DNA of 46,700 bases from Actinomycetota bacterium (GTDB lineage: Bacteria > Actinomycetota > Actinomycetes > S36-B12), in contig WLLZ01000002.1 in NCBI GenBank assembly GCA_009700485.1, positions 1 to 46,700 of the forward strand, read 5' to 3'. Position 1 is the stretch's first letter. Each line of letters begins with the position of its first letter. Both the position numbers and the translations under genes were made by a program. The notes under the pieces were generated by a model. It made no database searches. It was not told where the DNA came from and saw only the letters and a program-made list of their open reading frames with translations. Of the stretch, positions 18,581-27,131 are shown piece after piece.

Positions 18581-19318
18581 ATGGAGATTGATGAGTCGGT
18601 GCCGGCGGCGAAGTTCGCGACGATCCTGCCTCATCTGGATGAGCGGCAGCGGCGTTTAGTGTTGGCGGCTGAGGCTAGGTAGTTGGGCCATGGTGGGGTG
18701 TCGCTGGTGGCCCGGTCTGCTGGCGTGTCTCGGGTGACGGTGACCGCCGGGGTCGATGAGTTGGATGGCGGTGTTGACCCCAGTCCGGGCCGCGCGCGGC
18801 GTGCCGGTAGCGGTCCCATGGCGCTGACCGAGAGTGATCCGGGCCTGCTGGCTGCCTTGTATGCGTTGGTTGAGCCCGAGACTCGCGGTGATCAGATAAC
18901 TGCTTTGCGGTGGACCACCAAGTCGACCCGCACGTTGGCCCGGGAGTTGGGACGTCAAGGACATCGGCTGTCCCACCAAGCTTTGGTCGGCTGCTGTCGG
19001 GGCCGCTGGACTACAGCCTGCAGGGCAACGCCAAGACCGTTGAGGGCAAGCAACACGCCCAACGCGATGCCCAATTCGTGTATCTCAACGGCAAGATCAC
19101 CGACGCACTTGCCGCAGGGGATCCGGTGGTCAGCGTCGACGCGAAAAAATGGGCACTGGTTGGTGAGTATGCACACAAGGGCCAAACGTCGCGTCCGGTC
19201 GGCGACCCACGCCGGGTCGATCTCCACGACTTTCCCGGTGAACTTGGCCAGGCAGCCGCTGACCACCCACGAATGGCACGGGGAATGGAACTACACCATC
19301 ACCGACACAGCCAAATGA
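18581..19318 (+). pseudogene. ISAzo13-family transposase, heavily decayed
   Basis: MEIDESVPAAKFATILPHLDERQRRLVLAAEAR*LGHGGVSLVARSAGVSR... with a TAG at 18678-18680. The frame switches near 18980 to SLQGNAKTVEGKQHAQRDAQF...DPVVSVDAKKWALVGEY. It switches back to PLTTHEWHGEWNYTI at the end. The central catalytic region (a few hundred codons in intact family members, from my recollection of their length) is missing. Confidence 0.8.
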
Positions 19319-19540
19319 CCGAGTTATTCATTGCCAGGCCCTTCGTTCACTTGGAGGAACCGAGCTATCAAATGTCAGGGTTTACGCGAAGCCGGCTGGC
19401 GGCGGGTTGACAGCGCACCCGTATCCGAGCGAAACTAAGCGAGCGCTACGACTGGTATACCATCGCCCGGGAGAGCTCAAAGCGCGGTGCGATCGCCCCG
19501 AATGCCAACAGCCCTCAGGAATGGTCCCTTCGAGCAGTAG

Positions 19541-20425
19541 TTGGGAGTGCGCTTGCGGCTCATTGCATACGCAGTTGACGGCAGCCCGCGCCTCTTTGCC
19601 ACAACGGACGAAGGCATTCTGGACTTGGGCGAGGGCGGCCTGACCACGGTGCTGCCGCGTGGTCTGGACGACCTTCCCTCGGTTCTGGCCGCCGCAAGCC
19701 AGGCATTGCCGCGGGGTGGGCCTCCCGCCGGAGCCATACTGCTCGCCCCCATCTCGTCGCCGAGCAAGATGCTTTTCGTCGGCCTCAACTACCGCGATCA
19801 CCTCCAGGAACTGCCGCTCAGTGTGCAGCTGGGATTCTCAACGACCGAGCCAGCCGTTTTTTCGAAGCTGCCGAGCGCCATCATCGGTCCAGGCGCCGCC
19901 ATAGTAATTCCATCGGAAGTCGAAAGCACCGTCGACTACGAGGGTGAGCTCGCGATTGTGATAGGGCGCCGCGGCCGACACCTAACGAAGGAGAACGCGC
20001 TCAATCATGTTCTCGGCTACACAGTGGCCAATGACGTGAGCGATCGGGGGCTGCAATTCGATGGCGTCGGGCAGCTCACCATCGGAAAGGGCTTGGATAC
20101 GTTCTGCCCGTTGGGACCGGCCCTAGTTCTCAAGGACGAGATCCCGGACCCCACAGGCCTGCGGATCAGAACGACGGTGAACGGCGTGATCCGTCAGGAG
20201 TCGAACACCGAAAACATGACATTCAGTGTCGTCGACATTCTCGTATTCATCACCAAGTTCATCACTCTGGAAGTCGGCGACATCGTGTCCACAGGAACTC
20301 CAGGAGGAGTGGGTTTCATCAAGAACCCGCCCGAGTTCTTGCGGCCCGGGGACGAGGTGGTGGTGGAGGTCGAGATGATCGGACAGCTCAGTAATCCCGT
20401 CGTGAGCGCGGGTGCGATCAAGTAG
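19541..20425 (+). CDS. fumarylacetoacetate hydrolase (FAH) family protein
   Basis: VDYEGELAIVIGRRG, NDVSDRG and GDIVSTGTPGGVG motifs. The start may be the GTG at 19547. Confidence 0.9.
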   Translation: MGVRLRLIAYAVDGSPRLFATTDEGILDLGEGGLTTVLPRGLDDLPSVLAAASQALPRGGPPAGAILLAPISSPSKMLFVGLNYRDHLQELPLSVQLGFSTTEPAVFSKLPSAIIGPGAAIVIPSEVESTVDYEGELAIVIGRRGRHLTKENALNHVLGYTVANDVSDRGLQFDGVGQLTIGKGLDTFCPLGPALVLKDEIPDPTGLRIRTTVNGVIRQESNTENMTFSVVDILVFITKFITLEVGDIVSTGTPGGVGFIKNPPEFLRPGDEVVVEVEMIGQLSNPVVSAGAIK

Positions 20426-20439
20426 AAGGGACAGTCCAC

Positions 20440-21669
20440 ATGCGCGCGTTCCGCAAGCTTCTGCAGGACCAGATCTCCGGCGACCTCAGGTCACTACCGA
20501 TGCGTGTACGCCGTTTAGTTAGCCCCGAACGGCGGCTAGCGCGCGCGCGCAACATCGACGACCTTCGCACACTTGCCCGCTCGTCAGTCCCTCGCACGGT
20601 GTTCGACTTCATCGATGGTGCCGCGAACGACGAACTGGCACTCTTGCGAAACAGGCAGGGCTTCAGGGACATACAAGTTTACCCACGCTCGTTCGTCGAC
20701 GTGTCAACCATTGATCTATCGACCGATGTCCTTGGCACTCGCATCAGCATGCCGATCCTCGGCGCACCCACCGGACTATCAGGGCTCGCCCACGCCGATG
20801 GCGAGGTGGGCATCGCGCGCGCCGTTCATGCTGCGGGTTCGATCTACACCCTCTCCTCGATGGCCTCCTACTCGATTGAGGAACTCGCCCGAGAGGCGCC
20901 CGGCCCTAAGTGGTTTCAGCTGTATCTCTGGAAGGACCTCGGGTTCGTTAGAGAACTGCTGGTTCGAGCGCGGGAGTCGGGTTACCTGGCCGTGGTGGTG
21001 ACGGCCGACGTCGCGCGAGCTGGGCGTCGCGAGCGGGACCAGCGCAACGGCTTTTCGATCCCGCCCCGCGTCACGGTCCGATCCCTTCTCGGGGGGGTTC
21101 GCCACCCCGGCTGGTCCACTTCTTTCGTCAGGCATGAACGCTTCGTAATCGCCACCATGCCTGCGAACGCTGGAAGCAGCAAGGTAGTCGACCTAGCCGA
21201 GTTCAATAAGAGCCAGTTCGATGCCTCGGTGACGTGGGAACGCCTTGAATGGTTGCGCGAGCAGTGGACCGGCCCTATCGTCGTCAAGGGACTCATGCAC
21301 CCCGACGACGCCCTTCGGGCTACCCGGATCGGGGCCAACGCGATTGGCGTCTCCAACCACGGGGGCCGGCAACTTGACGATGCCCCGTCGAGCATCTCCA
21401 TGCTCCCCGCAGTGGTCGACGCGGTGTCCGACTCTGCCGAGATCTTCCTGGACAGCGGTATTCGACGAGGTAGCGACGTGCTCAAGGCCCTCGCATCCGG
21501 GGCGCGTGCCTGCCTGGTCGGACGCCCACTCCTCTACGGGCTCGCTGTTGCCGGTGAGCCAGGGGTGGCACGGGCCCTGAGTATCCTGAGCGAAGAGTTA
21601 GAGACCGCAATGGCCCTAGCCGGAGCCAACTCCGTCGATGTCCTCAACGCAAGCTACCTGGTCCGATGA
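20440..21669 (+). CDS. FMN-dependent alpha-hydroxy-acid oxidase/dehydrogenase (LldD/glycolate oxidase family)
   Basis: VFDFIDGAANDE, GAPTGLSGLAHADGE, VSNHGGRQLD and DSGIRRGSDVLKALASGA. Confidence 0.9.
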   Translation: MRAFRKLLQDQISGDLRSLPMRVRRLVSPERRLARARNIDDLRTLARSSVPRTVFDFIDGAANDELALLRNRQGFRDIQVYPRSFVDVSTIDLSTDVLGTRISMPILGAPTGLSGLAHADGEVGIARAVHAAGSIYTLSSMASYSIEELAREAPGPKWFQLYLWKDLGFVRELLVRARESGYLAVVVTADVARAGRRERDQRNGFSIPPRVTVRSLLGGVRHPGWSTSFVRHERFVIATMPANAGSSKVVDLAEFNKSQFDASVTWERLEWLREQWTGPIVVKGLMHPDDALRATRIGANAIGVSNHGGRQLDDAPSSISMLPAVVDAVSDSAEIFLDSGIRRGSDVLKALASGARACLVGRPLLYGLAVAGEPGVARALSILSEELETAMALAGANSVDVLNASYLVR

Positions 21670-21778
21670 GAGTCGACGTGGCTTCACCCCCACGCGACCG
21701 TAGAGTAGAGGGATTAGCGAACGTGATACACCATGGCACGGACTCGAGCACCGGCCACCGCTATGAGGAGGCGTCGCG

Positions 21779-22381
21779 ATGGCCCATCGACTGACCAGCA
21801 ACAATGACGCCCTTTGGGAGGTTGGCCTCAGCGGCCGCACCAAGGCCCAGCGACTCATCCTCGCCGCGGCAGTCGACTCGATGTCAACCCTCGGTTACCA
21901 CGGTTCGACCACTCGCGGCATCGCGAAGGCCGCTGGACAGAGTCCTTCGGCCCTGTATGTGTATTACCGGACCAAAGAGGAGTTGCTCTTCGAGATATGC
22001 CTTGTCGCCCATCGATCTGTCCTCAACTGGACCCAACAGGCGGACAACCAATCCACCGATGCCATCGAGCGACTGGCGTCCGTGACGCGTTCGCTGACCC
22101 AATGGCACGCTACTAACTATGCAATAGCCCGCGTCGCCCAGTTCGAACTGCCAGCACTGACCCTCGAGCACTTCTGGATCATTTCCCGTGTCCGTCGTCG
22201 GATCGAGAATCATGTCCGTGACATTGTCCGAGATGGTGCGTCAACTGGTCAGTTCACCGTGGACGACGTGACAGCGACGTCCATAGCGATCCTCTCGTTG
22301 ACCATCGACGTCGCCCGCTTGTTCCACCTGCAGGAGCACAACTCCGCCGAGTCTATCCTTGACCTCTACGTCGCCTTCTAA
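21779..22381 (+). CDS. TetR/AcrR-family transcriptional regulator
   Basis: N-terminal HTH LGYHGSTTRGIAKAAGQSPSALYVYYRTKEELL. Confidence 0.88.
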   Translation: MAHRLTSNNDALWEVGLSGRTKAQRLILAAAVDSMSTLGYHGSTTRGIAKAAGQSPSALYVYYRTKEELLFEICLVAHRSVLNWTQQADNQSTDAIERLASVTRSLTQWHATNYAIARVAQFELPALTLEHFWIISRVRRRIENHVRDIVRDGASTGQFTVDDVTATSIAILSLTIDVARLFHLQEHNSAESILDLYVAF

Positions 22382-22418
22382 CTGCGCATGGTCGGTGTGA
22401 TGAAGTAGGACGCCCTCG

Positions 22419-22865
22419 TCAGGCGGCTCCGAGAGTGGGTTTGCCGACACGGGAATCGAACTCCGACTGGCCCCGGGTCTGGATGTCGACTGTAACCAAC
22501 TGTAGACGCTTCGATGGGCCATGGCACAAGTGCAGAGGGAATCTTAAGTCGCTCGCCGGCAGCCACTGAACCCGATCCGGCCCATCGCTCTCGGGGGCTG
22601 CCCTGAAGGCTGCGCACTCCCGGCACGCGAAGATATCGATCTGGAGTTCCGCCATCTGCTCGAAGACCTCCCCGAGGCTCGACCATCCCTCGGCTTGCAG
22701 TGAGGCGTCGAACGGGGACAGCAGCGACGTGCCGTCCTCAATGAACGTCACCTGGCAAGGCCGCTCGTTTCTTGTGGTGAGTATGGCGCCCACCAGCGGC
22801 AGAATCGCCCTCAGTGAGTCCTTCGCGCCGTGCCTGACGGTGGTACGCATGGTGTTCGGGTACAC
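22419..22865 (-). CDS. hypothetical protein, possibly DsrE/DsrF-like fold
   Basis: Layout resembles the DsrE family: a short N-terminal beta-alpha unit, then ...EQMAELQIDIFACRECAAFRA. Weak, by eye only. Confidence 0.5.
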   Translation of the reverse strand: MYPNTMRTTVRHGAKDSLRAILPLVGAILTTRNERPCQVTFIEDGTSLLSPFDASLQAEGWSSLGEVFEQMAELQIDIFACRECAAFRAAPESDGPDRVQWLPASDLRFPLHLCHGPSKRLQLVTVDIQTRGQSEFDSRVGKPTLGAA

Positions 22866-22895
22866 GTGAACCTCATTTCGATGAGAGGAAGGGAG

Positions 22896-23522
22896 TCAGG
22901 CCGTGCCCCTGGAACCCATCCAGAAGATGGAGGCGCAGATCGCGCCACTGCTGGCGTTGGTCGTCACCTGGTTTGCCATGTTGTGCGTATTCTCCCAGCG
23001 GAGGGTTGGCTGAAGCTCCTTGTAGGCGGAGACAAAGCCGAGGTCCGCATAGGCGCAGATGTCCTCAAGGTCGCTAGGTGCGTTGGTGAATGGGCTGCTG
23101 CCCCCGAAGAAACAGCGTTTCCGGCTCACCCATGCCTTCTCGTCGTCGTAGTCGGAGAAGGAGTAGGCCGCGTCGACGCCCATCATGGCATGTGCGTAGT
23201 CCTGGAACTCGGCGAACTGCTCGGCAGTCAGCGGCTCCCCTGGTTCAAGGCCCAATCGTGCCCGATACGTGCCGAAGATGCTCTGTCCGCCTTCGTAACC
23301 GAACTGGCGCGCCAACTCCTGGGCGGCTTCCTGACCGAACTTGTCCCGGACGTAGCGGAGCGCCGTGTATGCAGTCCCAGCTACGGCCTTGCTGAGCACC
23401 CAAACGAGGTCATCCCCAGTCACGTCCGTGACCGTGAAGTCGTAGGCAGCCAACTGCCTTTGACGTGCTTCGCTGATGTGCCCGGGGAACACCTCGTGAG
23501 ACACATACGGTTGGTAGGACAC
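22896..23522 (-). CDS. hypothetical protein, weakly resembling the L-2-amino-thiazoline-4-carboxylic acid hydrolase (PF14196-like) family
   Basis: C-terminal pattern RKRCFF...DICAYADLGF...SSGAICASIFW resembles the C..C..D...G..C.F.F arrangement of that family. The ORF has coding-like composition and sits 30 and 46 bp from its neighbours. Confidence 0.6.
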   Translation of the reverse strand: MSYQPYVSHEVFPGHISEARQRQLAAYDFTVTDVTGDDLVWVLSKAVAGTAYTALRYVRDKFGQEAAQELARQFGYEGGQSIFGTYRARLGLEPGEPLTAEQFAEFQDYAHAMMGVDAAYSFSDYDDEKAWVSRKRCFFGGSSPFTNAPSDLEDICAYADLGFVSAYKELQPTLRWENTHNMANQVTTNASSGAICASIFWMGSRGTA

Positions 23523-23568
23523 GTGTTACTCCCTTCGTCGCGTTCTAGTCGTCCAATTGGATCATTCC

Positions 23569-24312
23569 TTAGCGCGTGTAGAGACCGCCGCTGACGGTGA
23601 GGGTCTCTCCGTTGACCCAACTGGCCTCGTTGGAGACCAAGAAGCCGATTGGCTTGGCAACCTCCTCGGGTGTGCACTCCCTGCCCAGTGGGCAATTGCC
23701 GATAAGGAAATCTCGGCCAGCCTGAGTGCTCGTACTCTTGTAAAGTTCGGTGTCGACTAGCCCTGGTGCGATGGCGTTGACCCGGATGCCATACTCACCA
23801 ACTTCGAACGCGAGTGACTTCGTGAAGGCGGTGATTCCCGCCTTCGAGGTGCAGTACGGGGCCGCCTCGGCGCCGCAGGCCCATGCCCAGACCGATGAGA
23901 TATTCACGATGACACCCGACTGCTGCGCGATCATCGTGGGGAGGACGGCTCGACAGAAATAGAAGGTCCCCTTGAGGATGACGTCAGTGATTTGGTCCCA
24001 CACCTCGTCGGTCATATCCACCACCTTCATAGGTGTGTGGGTTCCCGCGTTGTTCACGAGCGCGTCAATGCGCCCGAACCTCTCGAGCGTCAAGGCAACA
24101 ACCTTCTCGACATCTGCCCGTTTTGAGACGTCGCAAGAGAAGGCCAAGCCCTCCTGTCCAGCCTTACGGACCTCCTGAGCAACCGCCTCAGCTCGTTCTA
24201 CGACCAGATCACAGACGCTCACGTGGTACCCGCGGCCGGCAAGCTCGAGCGCAGTCGCACGCCCGATACCCTGTCCGCCGCCAGTGATAATGGCAACCTT
24301 GGTGTCCGTCAC
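23569..24312 (-). CDS. SDR-family oxidoreductase (FabG-like)
   Basis: ITGGGQGIGRA, NNAG, YCTSKAG and NAIAPG. Confidence 0.92.
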   Translation of the reverse strand: MTDTKVAIITGGGQGIGRATALELAGRGYHVSVCDLVVERAEAVAQEVRKAGQEGLAFSCDVSKRADVEKVVALTLERFGRIDALVNNAGTHTPMKVVDMTDEVWDQITDVILKGTFYFCRAVLPTMIAQQSGVIVNISSVWAWACGAEAAPYCTSKAGITAFTKSLAFEVGEYGIRVNAIAPGLVDTELYKSTSTQAGRDFLIGNCPLGRECTPEEVAKPIGFLVSNEASWVNGETLTVSGGLYTR

Positions 24313-24382
24313 GGTGGAAATCCCTCATCTCTCGTGGCAACCAAGCACTTGGCTGCAGAACCGGCCCGGTCAAGAATTGGTC

Positions 24383-24409
24383 GCCCACGGTGCAGGAACG
24401 ACCGTGGGC
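24383..24409. promoter_or_regulatory. perfect 9-bp inverted repeat GCCCACGGT-N9-ACCGTGGGC (operator or stem-loop)
   Basis: Read directly, 71-97 bp upstream of the SDR start at 24312, inside a 368-bp non-coding gap. Confidence 0.3.
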
Positions 24410-24680
24410 AGCCAACTTTTCGCGTTTCAAGGATTGTGCCCGCAATCCGGGCTGTCGGCATTGGTGGCAGCCACAAGATCGCGCGACGTCAGCGGGTCCA
24501 AGCAACAATCCCTCACCGCTTCCGTTACGGGTACCCAGATTTAATCACGGGACGGGCGCCTCAAGTGCCCCCTACTCGAGAATTGGGCGAACTCCCATTT
24601 CGAGTACAGCCCCACACCCACAGCTCGCACGGACACCGACCACCCATCGCGCGCGTCGATGGGCTCACGGGTCACTACAA

Positions 24681-25514
24681 CTAGACGGTGAGGACTCCGG
24701 CATCTACGGGCAGCGGGACGCCGGTGATGTAGCGGGCTTCGTCTGACGCCAAGAACAGGACCGCGTTGCTGATGTCTCGAGGCTCGACCCATGGGACTGG
24801 CAGCAGGTGCATTGCCTGGGACGCCACCGCGAACTCCTCCCGCGTTGGATGCTCGACATCAGGCACGAAAAGGCGCATCGTCGTCTCGTTCATGATCATG
24901 GTGGTGTCGACCTGCGTCGGATGGATGCTGTTGACACGGATCCTGTGCGGGCCCAACTCGACTGCGAGCGTCCTCATAAGTCCGACCACCCCGTGTTTGG
25001 CGGCCACGTAGTGCCCGATGTTGGCGTACGCCTTCAGACCTGCGGCGGAACTGATGAGCACCATGGATCCGCCTCCGGAGGCGATCAGGTGTTGCGTGGC
25101 GGCACTGGTGGTGTGCCAGACCCCCGTGAGGTTGATGTCAAGCATCTCCTGCCACATCACATCGCTGATGGCGGCGGTTCCCTCGAGGCAAACGTTCCCG
25201 ATGCCGGCATTGGCCACGACGATATCGAGCCGCCCGAACTCGGCCACCCCGTCATTCACGACGGACACCACGGCTTGGCGATCGCGGACGTCCGCCTTTC
25301 GGGCGATGATCCGGCGGTCCAGTGCCTCAACCATTTGAATCGTCTCCGCGAGGTCATCCTCGGTGGGCAGCGCGTAACTCACAGTCTCGATGGGCGCGCA
25401 AAGGTCGAGACCGATGATGTCGGCACCCTCTTCGGCAAGCCGCAGCGCGTGGCTGCGTCCCTGACCGCGAGCCAGCCCCGTGACGAAGGCGACCTTGCCC
25501 TGGACACGTCCCAT
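24681..25514 (-). CDS. mycofactocin-coupled-type SDR oxidoreductase (carveol dehydrogenase-like)
   Basis: MGRVQGKVAFVTGLARGQGRSHALRLAEEGADIIGLD plus YVAAKHG. This is a very typical N-terminus for the subfamily. The ATG at 25514 is preferred over the ORF start at 25589. Confidence 0.88.
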   Translation of the reverse strand: MGRVQGKVAFVTGLARGQGRSHALRLAEEGADIIGLDLCAPIETVSYALPTEDDLAETIQMVEALDRRIIARKADVRDRQAVVSVVNDGVAEFGRLDIVVANAGIGNVCLEGTAAISDVMWQEMLDINLTGVWHTTSAATQHLIASGGGSMVLISSAAGLKAYANIGHYVAAKHGVVGLMRTLAVELGPHRIRVNSIHPTQVDTTMIMNETTMRLFVPDVEHPTREEFAVASQAMHLLPVPWVEPRDISNAVLFLASDEARYITGVPLPVDAGVLTV

Positions 25515-26001
25515 TGCCCACCCCGCATGTGATTCGAAGGACCTGCTTGACGTCGGCCCAGAGCGATCGCTTACATCGCTCGCGAGCATTGAACCACAAG
25601 CCTACTGCGACCTGTGCTAACCATCCGCAATGTTGCTTGAAGCATCCTAGATCCCACGGAGAAACTTGTCCGCCGGCCTCGAGTTCGAGGTCAGCGGGCG
25701 TGCTGGCTTCGTGGTGATTAGGCTCTAACTCTACGGGCCGCAGGTAGTCAATCGAGAAAGGGGTTCAGGTAACTCTCGTTGGTGGATTCACTTGTTTTGT
25801 GAGTCCAGGTTGCACCGGGAGGCTGGATCATATACCGCTTAGTTAAGGTCTCTTCCTGGTAGAGTTGGCTCATGCCAAGGGTGGGTGAGGGGGCTCCAGA
25901 CGTACTTTTCGTCGACACGGCTGCGTTGAAGTCTCTCGGCGCGTAGAGTCAGCGCTTGGGAACCTCGCCTGTGGGTCGGCTCGATGAGATGGGGTCAATC
26001 G

Positions 26002-26682
26002 ATGGAGGTACGCGAGGCCCTTTATACAACCCGAGCGATGCGCCGGATGAAGCCGGATCGGATCCCGATGGACGTTCAAGCCCGGGTTCTTGACGCTGCG
26101 ATCCGCGCGCCGAGTGCGTCGAACACCCAGGACTGGCGATTCGTTCTGGTCGATGACCCAGATCTGATGCGAACGCTCGGAGATCTGGTGCGGCAAGGGG
26201 AACAGCGCTCCAAGGAGACCCTATACGCGGAGCGAGTCGCCGCGGCGGCTTTGGCTCCCGACGAACCCGCAAACGCCGCGTTCTTGCGCATGTTAAGTTC
26301 GGTGTGGTACCTCGTTGACCACTTCGCCGAGGTCCCACTCTTGCTCGCCGCCTTCGTGCGTGAGGGTGTGGCCAGCGATGCCTCGATCTACCCCGCTATG
26401 TGGAGCGCACAACTTGCCGCAAGAGCGGAGGGCGTAGGAAGCGTGATGACGCGGGTACTGGACGTCTACTTCCACGACGCTACCTGTGAGATTCTTGTGG
26501 TACCTCTAGAGGAACACTGGCGGATGTCAGGCGCTGTAGTAATGGGGTACCCGACCGGGCGTTGGGGGGTCGCACCGCGCCGGCGCGTCCATGAGGTGGC
26601 ATTCAGGAACACCTGGGGCGCCCCGCTCGGCTTTGAGGTCGCCGAGCCGCTCTGGCCTGAACGAAGAGTGGAGTCGTCATGA
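26002..26682 (+). CDS. nitroreductase-family protein
   Basis: ALYTTRAMRRMKPDRIP...RAPSASNTQDWRFVLV. Confidence 0.88.
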   Translation: MEVREALYTTRAMRRMKPDRIPMDVQARVLDAAIRAPSASNTQDWRFVLVDDPDLMRTLGDLVRQGEQRSKETLYAERVAAAALAPDEPANAAFLRMLSSVWYLVDHFAEVPLLLAAFVREGVASDASIYPAMWSAQLAARAEGVGSVMTRVLDVYFHDATCEILVVPLEEHWRMSGAVVMGYPTGRWGVAPRRRVHEVAFRNTWGAPLGFEVAEPLWPERRVESS

Positions 26683-26990
26683 GCGTCGTAGTGGTGGCAA
26701 CTATCTACCCCAATGCCGCCTGGCGCGGTGAGGTGATCGCCGCACTTGAGAACTCGGTTATAAGGGTGCATGCGGAGGACATGGGTTGCGAGTTGTACGC
26801 GCTTCACGAGGGGAGGGACCGGCTTGTCATGGTCGAGAAATGGGTGAACGAGGCTGCCTTGACTGCCCACGGTGACTCACCGGCGATCATCGAACTGCTA
26901 GCGCACCTCGATGGCAAGCTGGCCGGTCCGATAGACGTTCAGGTCCTTAGCCCACACCCGACTGGCACCCCGGGCCAGGGCACGGTCTAG
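26679..26990 (+). CDS. antibiotic-biosynthesis-monooxygenase (ABM, YgiN-like) domain protein
   Basis: ~100-aa ferredoxin-like pattern VVVATIYP...CELYALHEG...LVMVEKWVNEAALTAH. ATGA overlap with the nitroreductase stop. Confidence 0.8.
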   Translation: MSVVVVATIYPNAAWRGEVIAALENSVIRVHAEDMGCELYALHEGRDRLVMVEKWVNEAALTAHGDSPAIIELLAHLDGKLAGPIDVQVLSPHPTGTPGQGTV

Positions 26991-27131
26991 CCCATTCCAG
27001 CAGATCGACTCTGCATGCCCTGTCACCGACATGGCAGCGCGCCACGGGCAGGTCGTGCGACGTCACCAAGTAGTAGGGCAACTAGTAAGGAAAGCCTTAT
27101 GGTCATTCATGCTCGGGAGAGGGAGAACTAG

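Noticed and set aside
20440-21669. Calling the FMN oxidase MftD (pre-mycofactocin synthase) because mycofactocin-type SDRs are nearby
   Set aside because: No mftA, mftB, mftC, mftE or mftF genes are adjacent. The sequence looks like a generic LldD/glycolate-oxidase family member, and family membership alone does not justify the MftD call.
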